Positions 12,456 to 27,694 of a stretch of DNA of 64,000 nucleotides are shown one piece after another. The stretch is taken from the NCBI RefSeq assembly GCF_009914755.1, contig NC_060935.1, one strand, 5' to 3'. Below the pieces are notes generated by a model, which was not told where the DNA came from, ran no database searches, and saw nothing but the letters and a program-made list of their open reading frames with translations. The DNA is from the human T2T-CHM13v2.0 reference genome, Homo sapiens. How positions within the stretch are numbered: position 1 is the stretch's first letter; each line of letters begins with the position of its first letter. A program made the position numbers and the translations under genes.

Positions 12456-15102
12456 TTTTATGTTGTTTTCATCTTCTCTGTCCAGATACCTTTCAAATAT
12501 AACCATTTGGTATAAAGGCATTAGTTAACTCATTGTCTGAGATAATCTCACAGCTTTGAGGAAGGATTAGCTAATGCAAAATTTATTCATTTCTTTCTCT
12601 GACTGGACTGACAGTATATGATATTAAAACAACTGGTTGAAAAGTGCACAATTCAGGCAAGCCAATTATCTTGTACCATAGTTGTCCAAAAAGACTCTTT
12701 TAAGAAAAAGTCTACATTTCCAAATAAAGCACATAATTCACAGTAGTTGTGTGAATAGCAACAACCAGCATCTTTCTTAAAGAATAGGCCAGAGGATGAC
12801 TCCATGCCTGTCATGCCTTTTCCCACTGTAAGGTTAACCCAGCATGAAGTCAGACTTGCATCAACTGGTTGTAGCTTGTTTGCCTAAGGAGGCAATTCCA
12901 GAATAGATCATATTCATGAGACTCTGTGTCTCCAAGGATTCCAGAAATGTTAACTTTGAATTACTTCTTTACAAAACCCAGAACAAAAAGCTGTGGATTG
13001 GTAAGTGTCTGAAGAATTTGTGGTAATTGTGGTAGAAGTCATTTTTTTCATTGTTCTGGGCATTTGGGACTCTATGACCTGACCACATTGTGAGGGAAAA
13101 CTTCAGTTAATTTGCTCCTAAGATGACAATCCATGTGAAATCTAAGGTACATGCTTTGCAAAAGAGTTCAAAAGTTTGGTTGAAAGCCCATTACTGGATG
13201 AGAGGGAAGGAAACCAATTACCCGGGAATGGTAGTGATAATTAAGACAATGTTATGATTCACTAAGAAGAGCCTGGGTTATGAACAATGAACACTGTGGC
13301 ATATAAATTACCTGAGAGCAGAGTTTAATGATGTGTTCTTTCTTATTAATTGCTCCTTTGGTGACATGGTCTATAAAAGTTATTTTTTACAAGAAACAAA
13401 AAGAAGTCCACCGTCTCATCTTAGTCTTCTCAAATTTTACACATTGCTAAATTTCATGACCTTGGAGTGTCTTTACCTAACCCAGCATTTATTAGTGTGA
13501 ACTGCAGTTTGGTTTTATATTTTTGTATGATAATCATGAGACATGATCCCATGTAGAATTTCCATAACTTTAAACAGACTTCTATTAAATAGCATCAGTT
13601 GAATTTTATAATTGAGCACCCTGATTATGTTCACTTATTCATGGAAAATGTTCTCATTTTGATATTATCTCTTCTAAATCAAATCCAAAGTAAAACTTAT
13701 TTTGTCTAGATTCATATATTTTGGGGCATAGGCTGGGTGTACATGCAGCTGTTGAAGCAGACTGTGGAGAGCAGGATATGATCATTTTGGCCACTTTCCC
13801 AAACTATCCCAATCACAGAGACTAAATGCCAGATGGAGAGGTGCAGTGGTCACGATGACAGGATCGCAGCTCAGTCAATCAGTGGGCATAACTGACATCC
13901 ATCCAGCTTTGCCAGCTGGTGGGTGAGAAGAAGTATTAACATTTACAATAATGTTTCCTACATTTCCACAGCTCTGGTCCCCTGCCCCCAACATGTTCAC
14001 ATGGGTAGTCCAGTTCATTTCAGAGGTGCCCATCTCTAGATATTTCTGAGTTTTTTAAGGGGATTTATATGAGTAGCTAGAAAATCCCTTAGTACCCTAA
14101 ATTGTATAGTCCTGGGAATGTTCACTGTTTCCTCAAGAGCCTTTATGGGAGGAGGAGTAGCCTGCCTTACCTTGAAGCGGAACCACTACTTATAGCATTC
14201 GTTCAAGACCTTCTGCTTTGGGAGACTGCCGCCACCCACCCACCGCCCCCCACCCCAAAACCCAACCGCTGGCGTTGCCCACCCATCCACTGCTCCCTCC
14301 AACCCCTAGCGTTGCTCTTGTCTATTGTTCACTTGTGTCTGCCCAGAGCCCTGCCTCCTTGTCCCGACACACAATGGTCCATGCAGCTGCCAGCCTCCTC
14401 TGAGCCACCTACTCTGGTCCTTCTTCCATCTGGGTGTCTGGTGATCTTTTTTTTTTTTTCCACCCAATGAAAGAACTGACTTTTCTTTCTCGTGTTCCTC
14501 TCTCTCAGGGAACAATCCCAGAGCAGAGACGAATGGGGCACTGGCTGACAAGTTTCTCTTCTATTTAGTAAGTCTTCTCCTTCACAGAGCACAGCCTCAT
14601 ACAGTATTTAAACAACTTGCCCTAACACGTGAGTGCTGAGGGTATCAAAGGATGGACTTTGCTGAGTGAGGCTTGTTCAAGAACTTTCAGAATGCATGGC
14701 TTTCTGGTAAAGGTGGAGTAGAGAATTGAACCTCTGAGGCCAGTGTGTGGCTTCCCACTCTCTACTTGTTGAACTGAAGATGACTGAGCCTGCAAGTTAG
14801 AGGTTGCCTGACTTCTCTACCCAGTCACAGGTGAAACTAGGAGAGCAGTGAGGCATGGCTTGGGGGAAGCAGAGGAGTGAGGCAACAGCAGCTGAGTCTG
14901 AGCTTTGACTCAAAAGAGCCAACAAGTTGCACCGGTATTCATCATTCATTCACTCTGTGAATGTAGTCAGGATAACAATGGCATTTGCATCCCAGCAAGA
15001 GATTAAGTTATGAGAAACATGCTCCTCTAGGATGCCATTCTTTTACCCATTCATTCATTCATTTAGCTAGTATTTATTAAATGCCTACCTTGTGTCAGGG
15101 AC

Positions 15103-15607
15103 TGTGGGAGTTCAGTCAGGCTGGTGGGAAAAATTTTAAAGATAGTTATAAGAAATAGACACAAACCTTCTTGGAAGGTGGAGGGGTTTGCTTAAACTCC
15201 AGTAATAGATCGGCTGAAGGCAGCCTAATCTTTACCTTAAGTAAATAGTTTAAAGTAGGTACAAAGGAATGTAAGGAAGTTTATCTAAATAGCTTGTTTA
15301 CACATGTGGTCCTAAAACTAACCTTTGATCATTTGCGGGCAGGATGGCTGTCTCGGGGGTCGGGGGTCGGGGAGGGCAACCAGGTTAATTACCCTCTTGT
15401 GGTGTAGACTCAAAGCCTTTGTTTTTTAGTGTGTGCTGAATAAGTGCCAGCAGGGCCAGCTAGTTGTGGCTGCAGTTGTGACTCTTTACAGCACCCTCCT
15501 TGGTGTCTGTGAGTGGCCCAGAACCTCAGCCAGACAGGCAAAATATCTGCATCAGTGTATGTCTCTCATCCATCGCTGGGTCAGGGTCTGTGGGTAGAAC
15601 CCCTGCA
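15103..15607 (+). mobile_element. Solo LTR22-family (HERV-K HML-5) LTR
   Basis: Starts TGTGGGAGTTCAGTCAGGCTGGTGGGAAAAATT and ends CCCCTGCA; 505 bp; exact 6-bp TSD agggac at 15097-15102 and 15608-15613. Confidence 0.88.
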
Positions 15608-15654
15608 AGGGACATACATAGTGTGAATATATAGAGTATATATAGATAGATAGA

Positions 15655-16046
15655 TGCTATAGACTGAATGTTTTATCCCCCTCTCTCCCACTAAACCCCC
15701 AATACGTATGTCAAAATATAATTCCCTAATGTGACTGTATTTGGAGATGGGATTTTGGAGAGGTAATTAGGTCATAAGAGCTCTGCATAGGATTAGATAA
15801 TAGGACCAAAACCCTTATAAAAGAGACCCTAGAGAACTCACTTGGTCCCCTTCTGCCATGTAAGGGCACAGCAAAAAGACAGCCATCCCTGAACCATGAA
15901 GCAAGCCCTCACTAGACACTGAATCTGCTGGTACCTTGATCTTGGACTTCCCAGACTCCAGAACTATGAGAAGTATATTTCTTTTTTTTTTATAAGCCAC
16001 CAACCTGTGGTATTTTTGCTGTAGCAGCCCAAACATGCCAAAATAG
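15655..16046 (+). mobile_element. MLT1A-type MaLR LTR
   Basis: tgctatagactgaatg...gccctcactagacactgaatctgctggtaccttgatcttggacttcccagactccagaactatgag...ataagccacc...gtagcagccc. Confidence 0.88.
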
Positions 16047-16249
16047 CATACAGTAGACGGACATAGTATACAAAGCAAATACTTTACTTTCTCTGGAGCT
16101 GGATATTAAACAAACACACAGATAAATACATTCATACAGATTTTATGATGCTTATGAAGGAAAATAACAGGAGATAGTATAAAAAGGAAGTTAGGGTAGA
16201 CCTCCCTGATGAACTATGATGCTACCTTATACTTATATAATGTTACTAT

Positions 16250-16420
16250 GAGCTAGGCATACTTATTTCCTCTTGTAATCCTCAAGGAAACCTTATAACA
16301 TACGTACTATTAATATCTCCGTTTTACAGATGAGGAAACCTACAAAGACGTTAATTAATAAGCCCAAGGTCATACAACCAGTAAATGGTAGACCCTGGAC
16401 TTGAACCCAGTATTCGAGGC
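16250..16420 (-). mobile_element. MIR
   Basis: gttttacagatgaggaaac...gcccaaggtcatacaaccagtaaatgg...ggacttgaacccag. Confidence 0.8.
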
Positions 16421-16895
16421 TTAAGAATGAGTAAGATTGAACCAGATGAAGAGTGTGTAGCTTTTCAAACAAAGAGAACAGTATGTGTGAAGGAGGCAGT
16501 GACAGCATGGGGCATTTTAGGAGGTGAAGAAGTCCAGTGATTGTAGTGACTGAGAGGACAATCACAAGACAAGAGGTAAACTGGGGCCAGATCATGTAAC
16601 TTTTTTTCTTGCTTTTAAAAATTATAATTTACATAGAGTCAGAGTCACATTTTTAGTGTATAGCTTTGTGAGCTTCTATATGCCTGTATAGTCATGTAAC
16701 CACCACTACAATTAAGATATAGAAGAGTATGAGAACCTCAAAAAATCCTTCAGTGTCCCTTTCTTAACAAAACTCCCCTTCACTTCCTCTTACGTGTCTT
16801 CTGACCCTATGATTTGGCCTTTACAAAAATGTTATAGAAAAGGGGTATATAATATGTAGCATTTTGAGTTTCCCTTCTTTCACTTGGTACAATGC

Positions 16896-19300
<2,405 letters not shown>

Positions 19301-19624
19301 AATGCTTTTGAAATTCATGTTGTGTGTATGAGCAGCTTGTTGCTTTTTATTGCTGAGTAGTATTCTGTGGTGTGGATGTACCTCAGTTTATTTATTCATG
19401 CAGCAGGTGAAGGACATTTGGATTATTTCTGGTTTGTAGTAATTATGAGTAAAACCACTATAAACATTCAAATTAAGATTTGTGTGTGAACATAAGTGTT
19501 CATTTCACTTGGGTAAATACCTAGGAATGAAATTTCTGGACCATGTGGTAAATGTATGTACTTGGCAACGATTTTTCAAAGTGGCCGTACATTTTGCACT
19601 CACACCAGCAACTGATAAAAGTGT

Positions 19625-19934
19625 ATTTGTTTGTTTGTTTGTTTGTTTGTTTGTTTTTACGACAAAGTTTCACCCTGTCACTCAGGCTGGAGTGCAGTGG
19701 TGCAATCTCGGCTCACTGCAACCTCCTGTACTCAGGTGAGCCTCCCACCTCAGTCTCCTGAGTAGCTGGGACTACAGGCATCTGCCACCATGCCCAGCAA
19801 ATTTTTGTATTTTTTGTAGAGATGGAGTTTGCTATGTTGCCCAGGCTGGTCTTGAACTCCTGGGCTCAAGCGATCCGCCTGCCTTGGCCTCCTAAAGTGC
19901 TGGAATTACAGGCATGAGCCATCGTGCCCAGCCA
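19625..19934 (-). mobile_element. AluJ
   Basis: (TTTG)n tail; ctcctgggctcaagcgatcc is J-diagnostic. Confidence 0.93.
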
Positions 19935-20872
19935 GTTAATGTCAAAAAACAAACAAACAAACAAACAAAACTGTAGCCATTGAAATAGATGTGTAGTGCT
20001 ATCTCATTGTATTTTTAATCTCCATTTTCCTAATCAAGATTTTCCTATGTTGAGCATCTTTTCAGGTACTTATTTGATAGTGTTGTTCAGGTCTTCTGTA
20101 TTCCTATTAATAATTTCCTTCCTAGTTTTTCTATCAATTATTGTGAAAACAATCTTAAAGTCTCCAACTAAAATTGTGAATTTGTCTATTTCTCCTCATT
20201 TTATTAGTTTTTACTTAATGTCGTTTGAAGCTCCTTGTTAGGCATATGCACAAATAGAATCATTATGTCTTTTTGGTGAAGTGAGCCTCTTTAAAATCAT
20301 GTAATCATCTTCTTTATCTCTCCTAAAATTCTTTGAAGTCTACTTTGTCTGATATTAATATGTCCACTTCAACGTTTTTTGACTAGAGATTTTTATAGTA
20401 TATGCATATAGGTTTATATGTATATATTTTCATCTTTTATATTTAACATATAATTCTTTACAGGCAGTTTCTTACAGACATTGTATAGTTTTGGGTCTTG
20501 CTTTTTAACCCAATTTTGCAATCTCTTTTAATTGGTGTGTTTAGACCATTTATATTTAATGCAATTATTAATATGTTTGAAACAAAATGGACTATTTCTA
20601 TTTTTAAAAAGTTTTTCTCTTATAATGTCTTCCTTTGAATTGAATATTGTTATAATTTTATTTTATTTCCACTATTGTCTTATACCTTTAAATAATCTTT
20701 TTAGTGATTGTCATAGGGTTTACTATATCCAAATTTAATTAATCACAGTCTACCTAATACTTTACCACTTCAAGTATAATGTTTGAATGTTACAGCCATA
20801 TACTTCTAATTTTTCCCTCTTATCCTTTGTGCTACTTTAGATATCCTATAATATATTTTAAGTTTGTACATA

Positions 20873-21183
20873 CAGTTGTTATTTGGTATCCATGGGTGAT
20901 TGGTTTCCGGACCTCGCATGGATATCAAAATCCATGGATGCTCAAGTTCCTTTGTACAAAAAGATGTAGTATTTGCATATAACCTACTCAAATCCTCTCA
21001 TATAGTTTAAATCATCTCTAGGTTACTTATAATACCTAATACAATGTAAATGCTATATAAATTGTTGTTATAGTATATTGTTTTCTATTTGCATTAATTT
21101 TTATTGTTGTATTTTTAAAATATTTAAATCCACAATTGGTTAAATCTATGGATATGGAACCCATGGATACAGAGGGCCAACTG
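20873..21183. mobile_element. MER2 (TcMar-Tigger non-autonomous)
   Basis: TA|cagttgttatttggtatccatggg ... cccatggatacagagggccaactg TIRs; internal aaatcatctctaggttacttataatacctaatacaatgtaaatgct. Confidence 0.9.
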
Positions 21184-21586
21184 TCCTATAAATACACAAT
21201 ATATTACCATTATTTTTACTTTGAAGAGTAAGAAATTTTTCAGAGCAATTAAAATAATTTCATATTTAGTTTTATTAATGTCACATACATTACTTTTTTT
21301 CTTTGTGTAGACCAAAGTTTCTGTCTAGTATCGTATTTCTTCTGCCTTAAGAACTTTTAGCATTTCTTTTAGTGCAAGTCTTCTTGCAACAAATGTCTCA
21401 ATTTCTGTTGGGAAAATATCTTTACTGTTCCTTCAGTTTTTAAAGATATTTTTGCTGTGTATGAAATTGTCCAGGCTGTCAATTTTTAAATACACTTTAA
21501 AGATGCCATTCCACTGTCTTCTGGCTTGAATAGATCTGACAAAAAATCTGCAATTTTTAAATTTATTCCTCTGTATGTAATATGTT

Positions 21587-21765
21587 AGTGTGTGTGTGCG
21601 CGTGTGTGCATGCGTGTGTGTGCACGTGCACTCATGTTTATTTTCTGGCTGATTTCAAGGCCAATCCTTTTTCTTTGTTTTTAGAAATTTTAATATGATA
21701 TGTCTAGAGCTGTGTGTGTGTGTGTGTGTGCGTGCATGTATGTGTATGTGTGTGTATGTGTGTGT
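21587..21765. repeat. Two (TG)n/mixed alternating purine-pyrimidine tracts
   Basis: gtgtgtgtgtgcgcgtgtgtgcatgcgtgtg at about 21587-21630 and tgtgtg... at about 21711-21765. Confidence 0.9.
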
Positions 21766-24224
21766 TTAATGTATCTTGCTTGGTGTTCTCTGAACTTCTT
21801 GGATTTGTGGTTTGGTATCTTTTATTAATTTTTGAAAATTATCAATATATCTTCAAATATTGCTTTTTCTTTTTTTCCTTTCCTTCTAGGATTCCAGTTA
21901 CATAGACTGATATTGTACCACAGCTCCTGAACACTCTATTTTTTAAAAATATTTTTTCCATTTGTATTTCACTTGGGTAATTTCTAGTGATTTGTCTTCA
22001 AGTTCACTGATTCTTTTCGTAGTTTTTCCAGGCAACTGATGAGACCATCAAAGGCTTTCTTCATATATGTTACCGAGTTTACCATTTTTAGCATTTCCAT
22101 TTCATTTATTCTTTCAATTTCTATTTATTGGTTGATATTACCTATCTGTTCATGCTTGTTGTCTACATTTTACACTACAGTTTTTTATCATATTAGTCAT
22201 ATTTACTTTTGTTACCCTGTCTGATAGTTTGGATTTCTGAATCATATCTGAGTCTAGTTCTATTAGTAACTCTGTCTCTTGACAGTATATTTTTTCTTGC
22301 TTCTTTGTGTGAATCATAGTTTGGGGTACAAGCCTGACATCTTATGTAGGACAGTAGAGAGTGTGGAAAATCCTATTTATCCTTGGAAATAGGCATAACT
22401 CATCTTTTGCTAAGTATTAAGTGTGGAGGTTTGAATCAATCTAATCAGGAGTTAAGTTGGCTTTGTTGCTGATGTGTTTACCTTGGTGTATCACAGGCTT
22501 CAAATTCATCTAGCATTATTTTGTATTTAGGGTCAGGGATTAGTTTCTGGAGGACGTTTCTCAATGCTCCTGTTCTACGTATAGCTTTAGATTTTCCCTG
22601 TGACCCTATGCCTTGAAGAGAAAGCTTTTCTCCATGCTCTGGCCTCACACCCAGTAGTAGGCTTCTGTTATTTGTTTTTTAGTGCTTTCTAGTCTTGTTT
22701 AGGGGCTAGGATGTAGGTGTTTTCTCTTGTCTTGGTTTAGCCTCAGTCTTAGGCAGACACTGTGTTCCTGGGTCTCAGTGGTGGGGGCTTCTTGGTTATC
22801 CTACCCCTCCTCATTGGCAAAGGATCTCTAAGGCCCTGTTCTGGGCCCAGGACATTTTCCTATGCTTACTTGAGAGGTAAATTTTTTTTCTGTGTTCTTA
22901 CTCCAGCTGCAAAGGGTCTTCATCTGTGTCCCGAGGGTGACAGAGTTTGTTTTGCTTCCACCAGAAGCTTAAGGGTTTTTTTGTGCCATGGGGGAGACAG
23001 GGAAGAACTATCCAGGAGCGGTCTTGTGCTTTTCTCGCAGTGTCTGCTGTTTTCCTTCCCTAAACCTTCACAAGGGAAGCTTTCTCTAGTCTTTTGCCTT
23101 GACCTCATCTCTCACATGAACACTCAGTGAGAGCTGTGAGGAAAAAACTGCAAATGGCTGCAAATTCCAGTTGTGTCTACAGCTACTAGGAGATCTGTAA
23201 TCTAATGTTAGCTCATTTGGACTAGAGGTCGTTGTTAAAAATAAAAATAATAATGTTAGCTCATACTTGGCCTTTTTTAATTTGTTAAAATTTTCAACTT
23301 AACCAAAATTTTCTCACTAGCTTGTGTGATAAGCAAGAGCTCCCATCTCATCTCTCCATGGTTTTTTCTCCTGTCTGTTCGTAGATTTCAGGATAGTTGG
23401 CTGCCCTGTGACTTTGATGAGTTCAGTTCTTTGATGAGTTCAAGAGCATTTATGGTTCTGTAGATTACATAGTTTTTTATTCTTGTAAGTGTGGGCGTGA
23501 CTCTCCAATTTCTACTTGCTACATAGAAGCCAGAAGCCTTCTCATGTAGAACTTTTAAGCCATGTTAAAGAGTTTATATTTTATCCCAAATGCAATAGGA
23601 AGCCAAGGAAGGGTTTAAGCAGAGGATTGATTGGCCTGGATTTGTATTTTTTAAAATCACAAGTTTAATATTTACTGGGTTTGCATTGTATGCCAGGAAC
23701 TGAGGTTTCCAAGATAAATTTTAAAATAGTGGGAAGAGTGTCCTCAAATAGTTCATAATCAAGCAGATTAGTCTTACTGACTGTAACAAATAACTCACAA
23801 AATTCAGTGTAAAGGCTATAAATGAATATCCAAGCAGAGTGCTCTGGGAGAATTAAGGAAGGGAAATTTCATTTTGGCACACAGGGTAGAGATGGTAGAA
23901 AATGACAATCAAGTTATATCTTGAAATTTAAGCAGTATATATAAGGTTTCAGAAGAACCTCACACAGGATGAATGTCCAAGGTTTTCTTATAACTTGCTT
24001 TCTAAGTAACATTATTTTAATTCCTTATCTTTTATTTTTGGGTAATGACTTCCTAAGAAGGCAAGGAAAATATTCAGGTATACCAACCAACCACCACCAC
24101 CATAAACTTACTTTTTATCAAAAGGCATCTCTAGGCTTTGATATGTATAAATGATGGCTAGTTTCCTGATATAGAATAATAGAAATTTTTTTAAAACTTT
24201 TGGATGTTATTACTATGTATTACT

Positions 24225-24380
24225 GTAGTTCTCAGGCTGGCTTACTATCAGAATTCCCTTAAATGCTTTTACGAATGGAGATCTCTGGGATCCAAAGGTT
24301 CTGACTCATGTTGTGGAGGCCAGGATTCTGTACTTTTTTGAAGCTCTTACAGTGAAGCCAAAGACAAGCTAGTTTAGGGC
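24225..24380. mobile_element. MER5B-like hAT MITE, degenerate
   Basis: gtagttctcaggctggc...atcagaattccc...ttctgactca...ggccaggattctgtacttttt. Confidence 0.55.
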
Positions 24381-24408
24381 AGATTGTCTCCCATATTTAG
24401 AGTCTTTT

Positions 24409-25090
24409 TGTTTTAGTTTGAGTTCCCCCAAAAGCAGATTCTGAGACAAAGACATAATTTTAGACTGTTTATTTTGGAGGTGACCTCAGAAAGCATAAGT
24501 GAGGAAGTGGGGAAAGTAAAAGAGGGAAAGGAAAGAAATCACTACAGTGCAAGTAAATGAGTGTATTGCTTCTTGGGGCATGTGGGGCTCAATCCCACTG
24601 AAACTTTCTGAGAAACCTGTATATAGTCCTTCCTGAAAAGGCAACCTTTGACCATGTAACTGAGTTTGCTTACCATGTTTTGACCACTATATCTCTGTCT
24701 TCAGGGATGAGCACCTGACCCAAAGGCCGCCAACCAATAAACTAGCCAGTGTCCTGTGTGATACGAAACAAGTCCACTTGATCAGATTCTCTCAGAAGAA
24801 CAAGGATGTTTGAAACTGGGTGTGATACCATGGATTACAGATGGCTCCATGATAATCAAGTTGAAGAACGAGAGAGTAGAGATATCCTGGAGATGGAAAG
24901 GTCAGTCTCAAAAGATCTCTAGGGTGTGGATGGCTACTCTGTTCTTGTTCCCATGAGCCAGGCTGAATCAAGTGTACCTATTCTTCCTGAAACTAAGTTG
25001 TCATCTTTTCTTAGGGCCCATGAAGATATATCCTTACAGAGAAATTCCCATTGCTTGAGGCAAATTAAGTGGGTCAAAAAAGCTTTGACT
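24409..25090. mobile_element. Old MaLR/ERVL LTR fragments (MLT1I/J-like)
   Basis: tgttttagtttgagttcccccaaaagcagattctgagacaaag...gtttattttggaggtga, followed by a second LTR-like tract; boundaries uncertain. Confidence 0.55.
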
Positions 25091-27694
25091 GAAAGAATTA
25101 ATGAAAGTAGCCACAGAGCCACAGATGGAAAATAGGGCCTCAGCATCCACAAAATAATCTCATTATAAATACCTTTAAAAATCTTGGAGCAGATAATCAG
25201 AACCTGACTGTAATATAATTATAGTCACTAGTTTTAAGTGAGAGCACTTTTTCTTTCTATATTACTATTAACTCTGTAGTCAAAACAAACTGATTGTAAA
25301 GCTATTTATGCCTATATGCAGACTGTATAGAAAGCAGAGCTTATTTTAAAGAAATTCTTCCAATGTATTTCCGGAAACCTGAGCCAGTCATATGGATTGT
25401 TTTTATATATGTGTTCTGATTCCTTATATAACCAATTCAAGGGGAAAACATATTACCATTTTAGATGGTTTTTCTTTTCAGGATACCATGTGAGTGAGAA
25501 GTGCAGTGCCCTGCATTTCTTTGGCTGGGTCTGGTTGTCAACTTCACACAGCCATTTATTAATCCCCAGGTAATCTTCTAGTCACAGTTGATCTTTGGAG
25601 CAGAGCACTTGGCCCACTGCAGTTGCCCCAGGCCAAATTCTGTCTTTGGAGGGACTTTCTGCTTTTGCTAAAGCCAGTAGGAAAGGTACCTATTCATGCA
25701 CATAGAAAACCAGAAGAATTTTTTTGCAAAGAATAGCTCTCAAGAAGAAAGGGTTGTACAAACTGGAATTAACAGAAAAAAGGGGGGAATTTTAATGGCT
25801 TGAGAGTCTGGACTTTATATTTATTTTAACAAATATTTATTGGGGACCCACATGTGTTTAAAGCTGGGCTCAGCACTATTCTAGGATAAAGAGAAATATA
25901 AGTCCCATGATTTTCCTCACAGCCTACACAAACATGAATGATTAATTATGAAATAAACTAATGTTTCTTCAGCACTGCATAATTTATGAATTGCATTTAT
26001 ATGTGTGTATGTATGTGTATATGTATTATGCACACATATTTGTATGCATTATATCTCTTATTTAGTTCTCACAAAAACCCTCTAGGGTAAGTGGTATTAT
26101 CATTACTCATTTTGCAGGCATTAAAAAATGAGTTGAGTAAACTTGTGTACACTGTATCACTACACTTAACATACTATGTAAACAAACCTGTATATGTGCT
26201 CATCATTCCCAGTGAACAAGGAGCTGGTGAACTTGGGCAGGGTCTTCCTTACCTTTCTATTGCCAGCACCTAGCCCATGTTGATTGCTATTGAAGCTGAG
26301 CCCCTGGTCTCCAGGTTGTCCGCATTGTCCCATGATGTATTCTCCCTGCCTCCTGAAGCTGCTTGTCAATCTGCACTCCTGATGCCTGAGATCCCACTGC
26401 CCCCAGCTGTGCTGCATTCTTCAGATCCCAGATCAGCATGCTCTGCCCACTGCCCTCCTCCCATTGTTTCCTCAATTCCCTGACTACAAAATACCTTCTA
26501 AATGCGGATGGCTTGGGCTGTCTCAGAGGCTTCAGCAGGTTTCCCATATTGGTTAGCTCATCAGAGCTGAGGAACACAGGACAGCAGCACCAGACACTTC
26601 TGGGGCCTATCTGTAAGTCTGTCCCTATCCTCATTTCTCTATCTGCACTATTTCATTTGCACCTCACAAGAACACACATATTATTACAGATGGCAAAATA
26701 GGTTGAAAGAAGTGGTAATTTCCCCAAGATCACACAACTGGCAAGTAGCAGAGCTGGGATTTGAAGCCAAGTCTCCCTGTCATGCCTAATTCCTTAACCA
26801 TTAAGAACAACTATCTGGATTTCTTACCTTCCTGGATGCCCTTGTTAAAGAGCTTGCCTTGCTTTGGAATGTTGAGTAGGATGTTTACAGGATGTGATAA
26901 ATCTGCCCAAGAACGAGGTGTTGAAGAGGAGTGTGTACTACCATTGCAATGACTCATTTTATCTATCATTTTCCCCTCTCCAGACTCTGAGTTCCTTAAA
27001 AGCTGGGACTGGGCTTTATTTACTCATGCCTTATGTTGAGCACATTGCTTAGAACAGAGTAGGTGCTCTAAAAATGCTTGTTGAATGAATAAATGGATTT
27101 TCCCCCACATGCAATTTGATCTTGGGCATGTGGCTTATAAGTGCTGATGCTCCAGTTAGCTTTTCCCTCCAACCACAAATAATTTAATAAATAGCTATCA
27201 CACACCTAAGAATGACAAAGGAGGAGCCACACTTTTGAAGGAAGCACATGGGATGATTTAGTTGGCATCCATGTAACCTTATCAGGACCTCCAGTAACAT
27301 AGCAAAGGAGAGAAGGTGAATCTTTGGGCTCCATCTATCTCTTTCAGTGCCCCTATCCTGTGTTCTGAGTCATCCTCTCTTTTGTCATCTAAGAAACTGA
27401 TGCTTAAAGTCTTACCTTTCCTCTTTAATTGATCCATGTTCAAAAGTTTCTCCCTTCTTCCACTCCCTCAACATATCTATATCCCCACTGGCTAACATCT
27501 ACTGAGTGTCAAATTATTTTATTGTGTAATTTATAGTGATAGACAAATGACTGATAAACATCTATATGTTGGTTTTCTTTCTAATTAAGAGAAAAATATT
27601 TAACTAAAGTTATTTTAAAATAGTAAAATAAGAGGGGGTGTTACTCTTCTGGTTGCTGAGGATAAGGAGGTGAATCAAGCCAAGTCCTTGCCCT

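Larger units (their letters stand above)
15045..16600 (-). mobile_element. L2 relic split by LTR22, MLT1A and MIR insertions
   Basis: cattcattcattcattt...tatttattaaatgcctaccttgtgtcagggac (L2 3' end, antisense); L2-like pieces resume at about 16050 and 16430 (ggggccagatcatg). Confidence 0.65.

Noticed and set aside
25467-25495. Possible 8-nt microexon (tttcttttcAG GATACCAT GTGAGT)
   Set aside because: Not frame-preserving, short pyrimidine tract, no host gene evidence; likely chance
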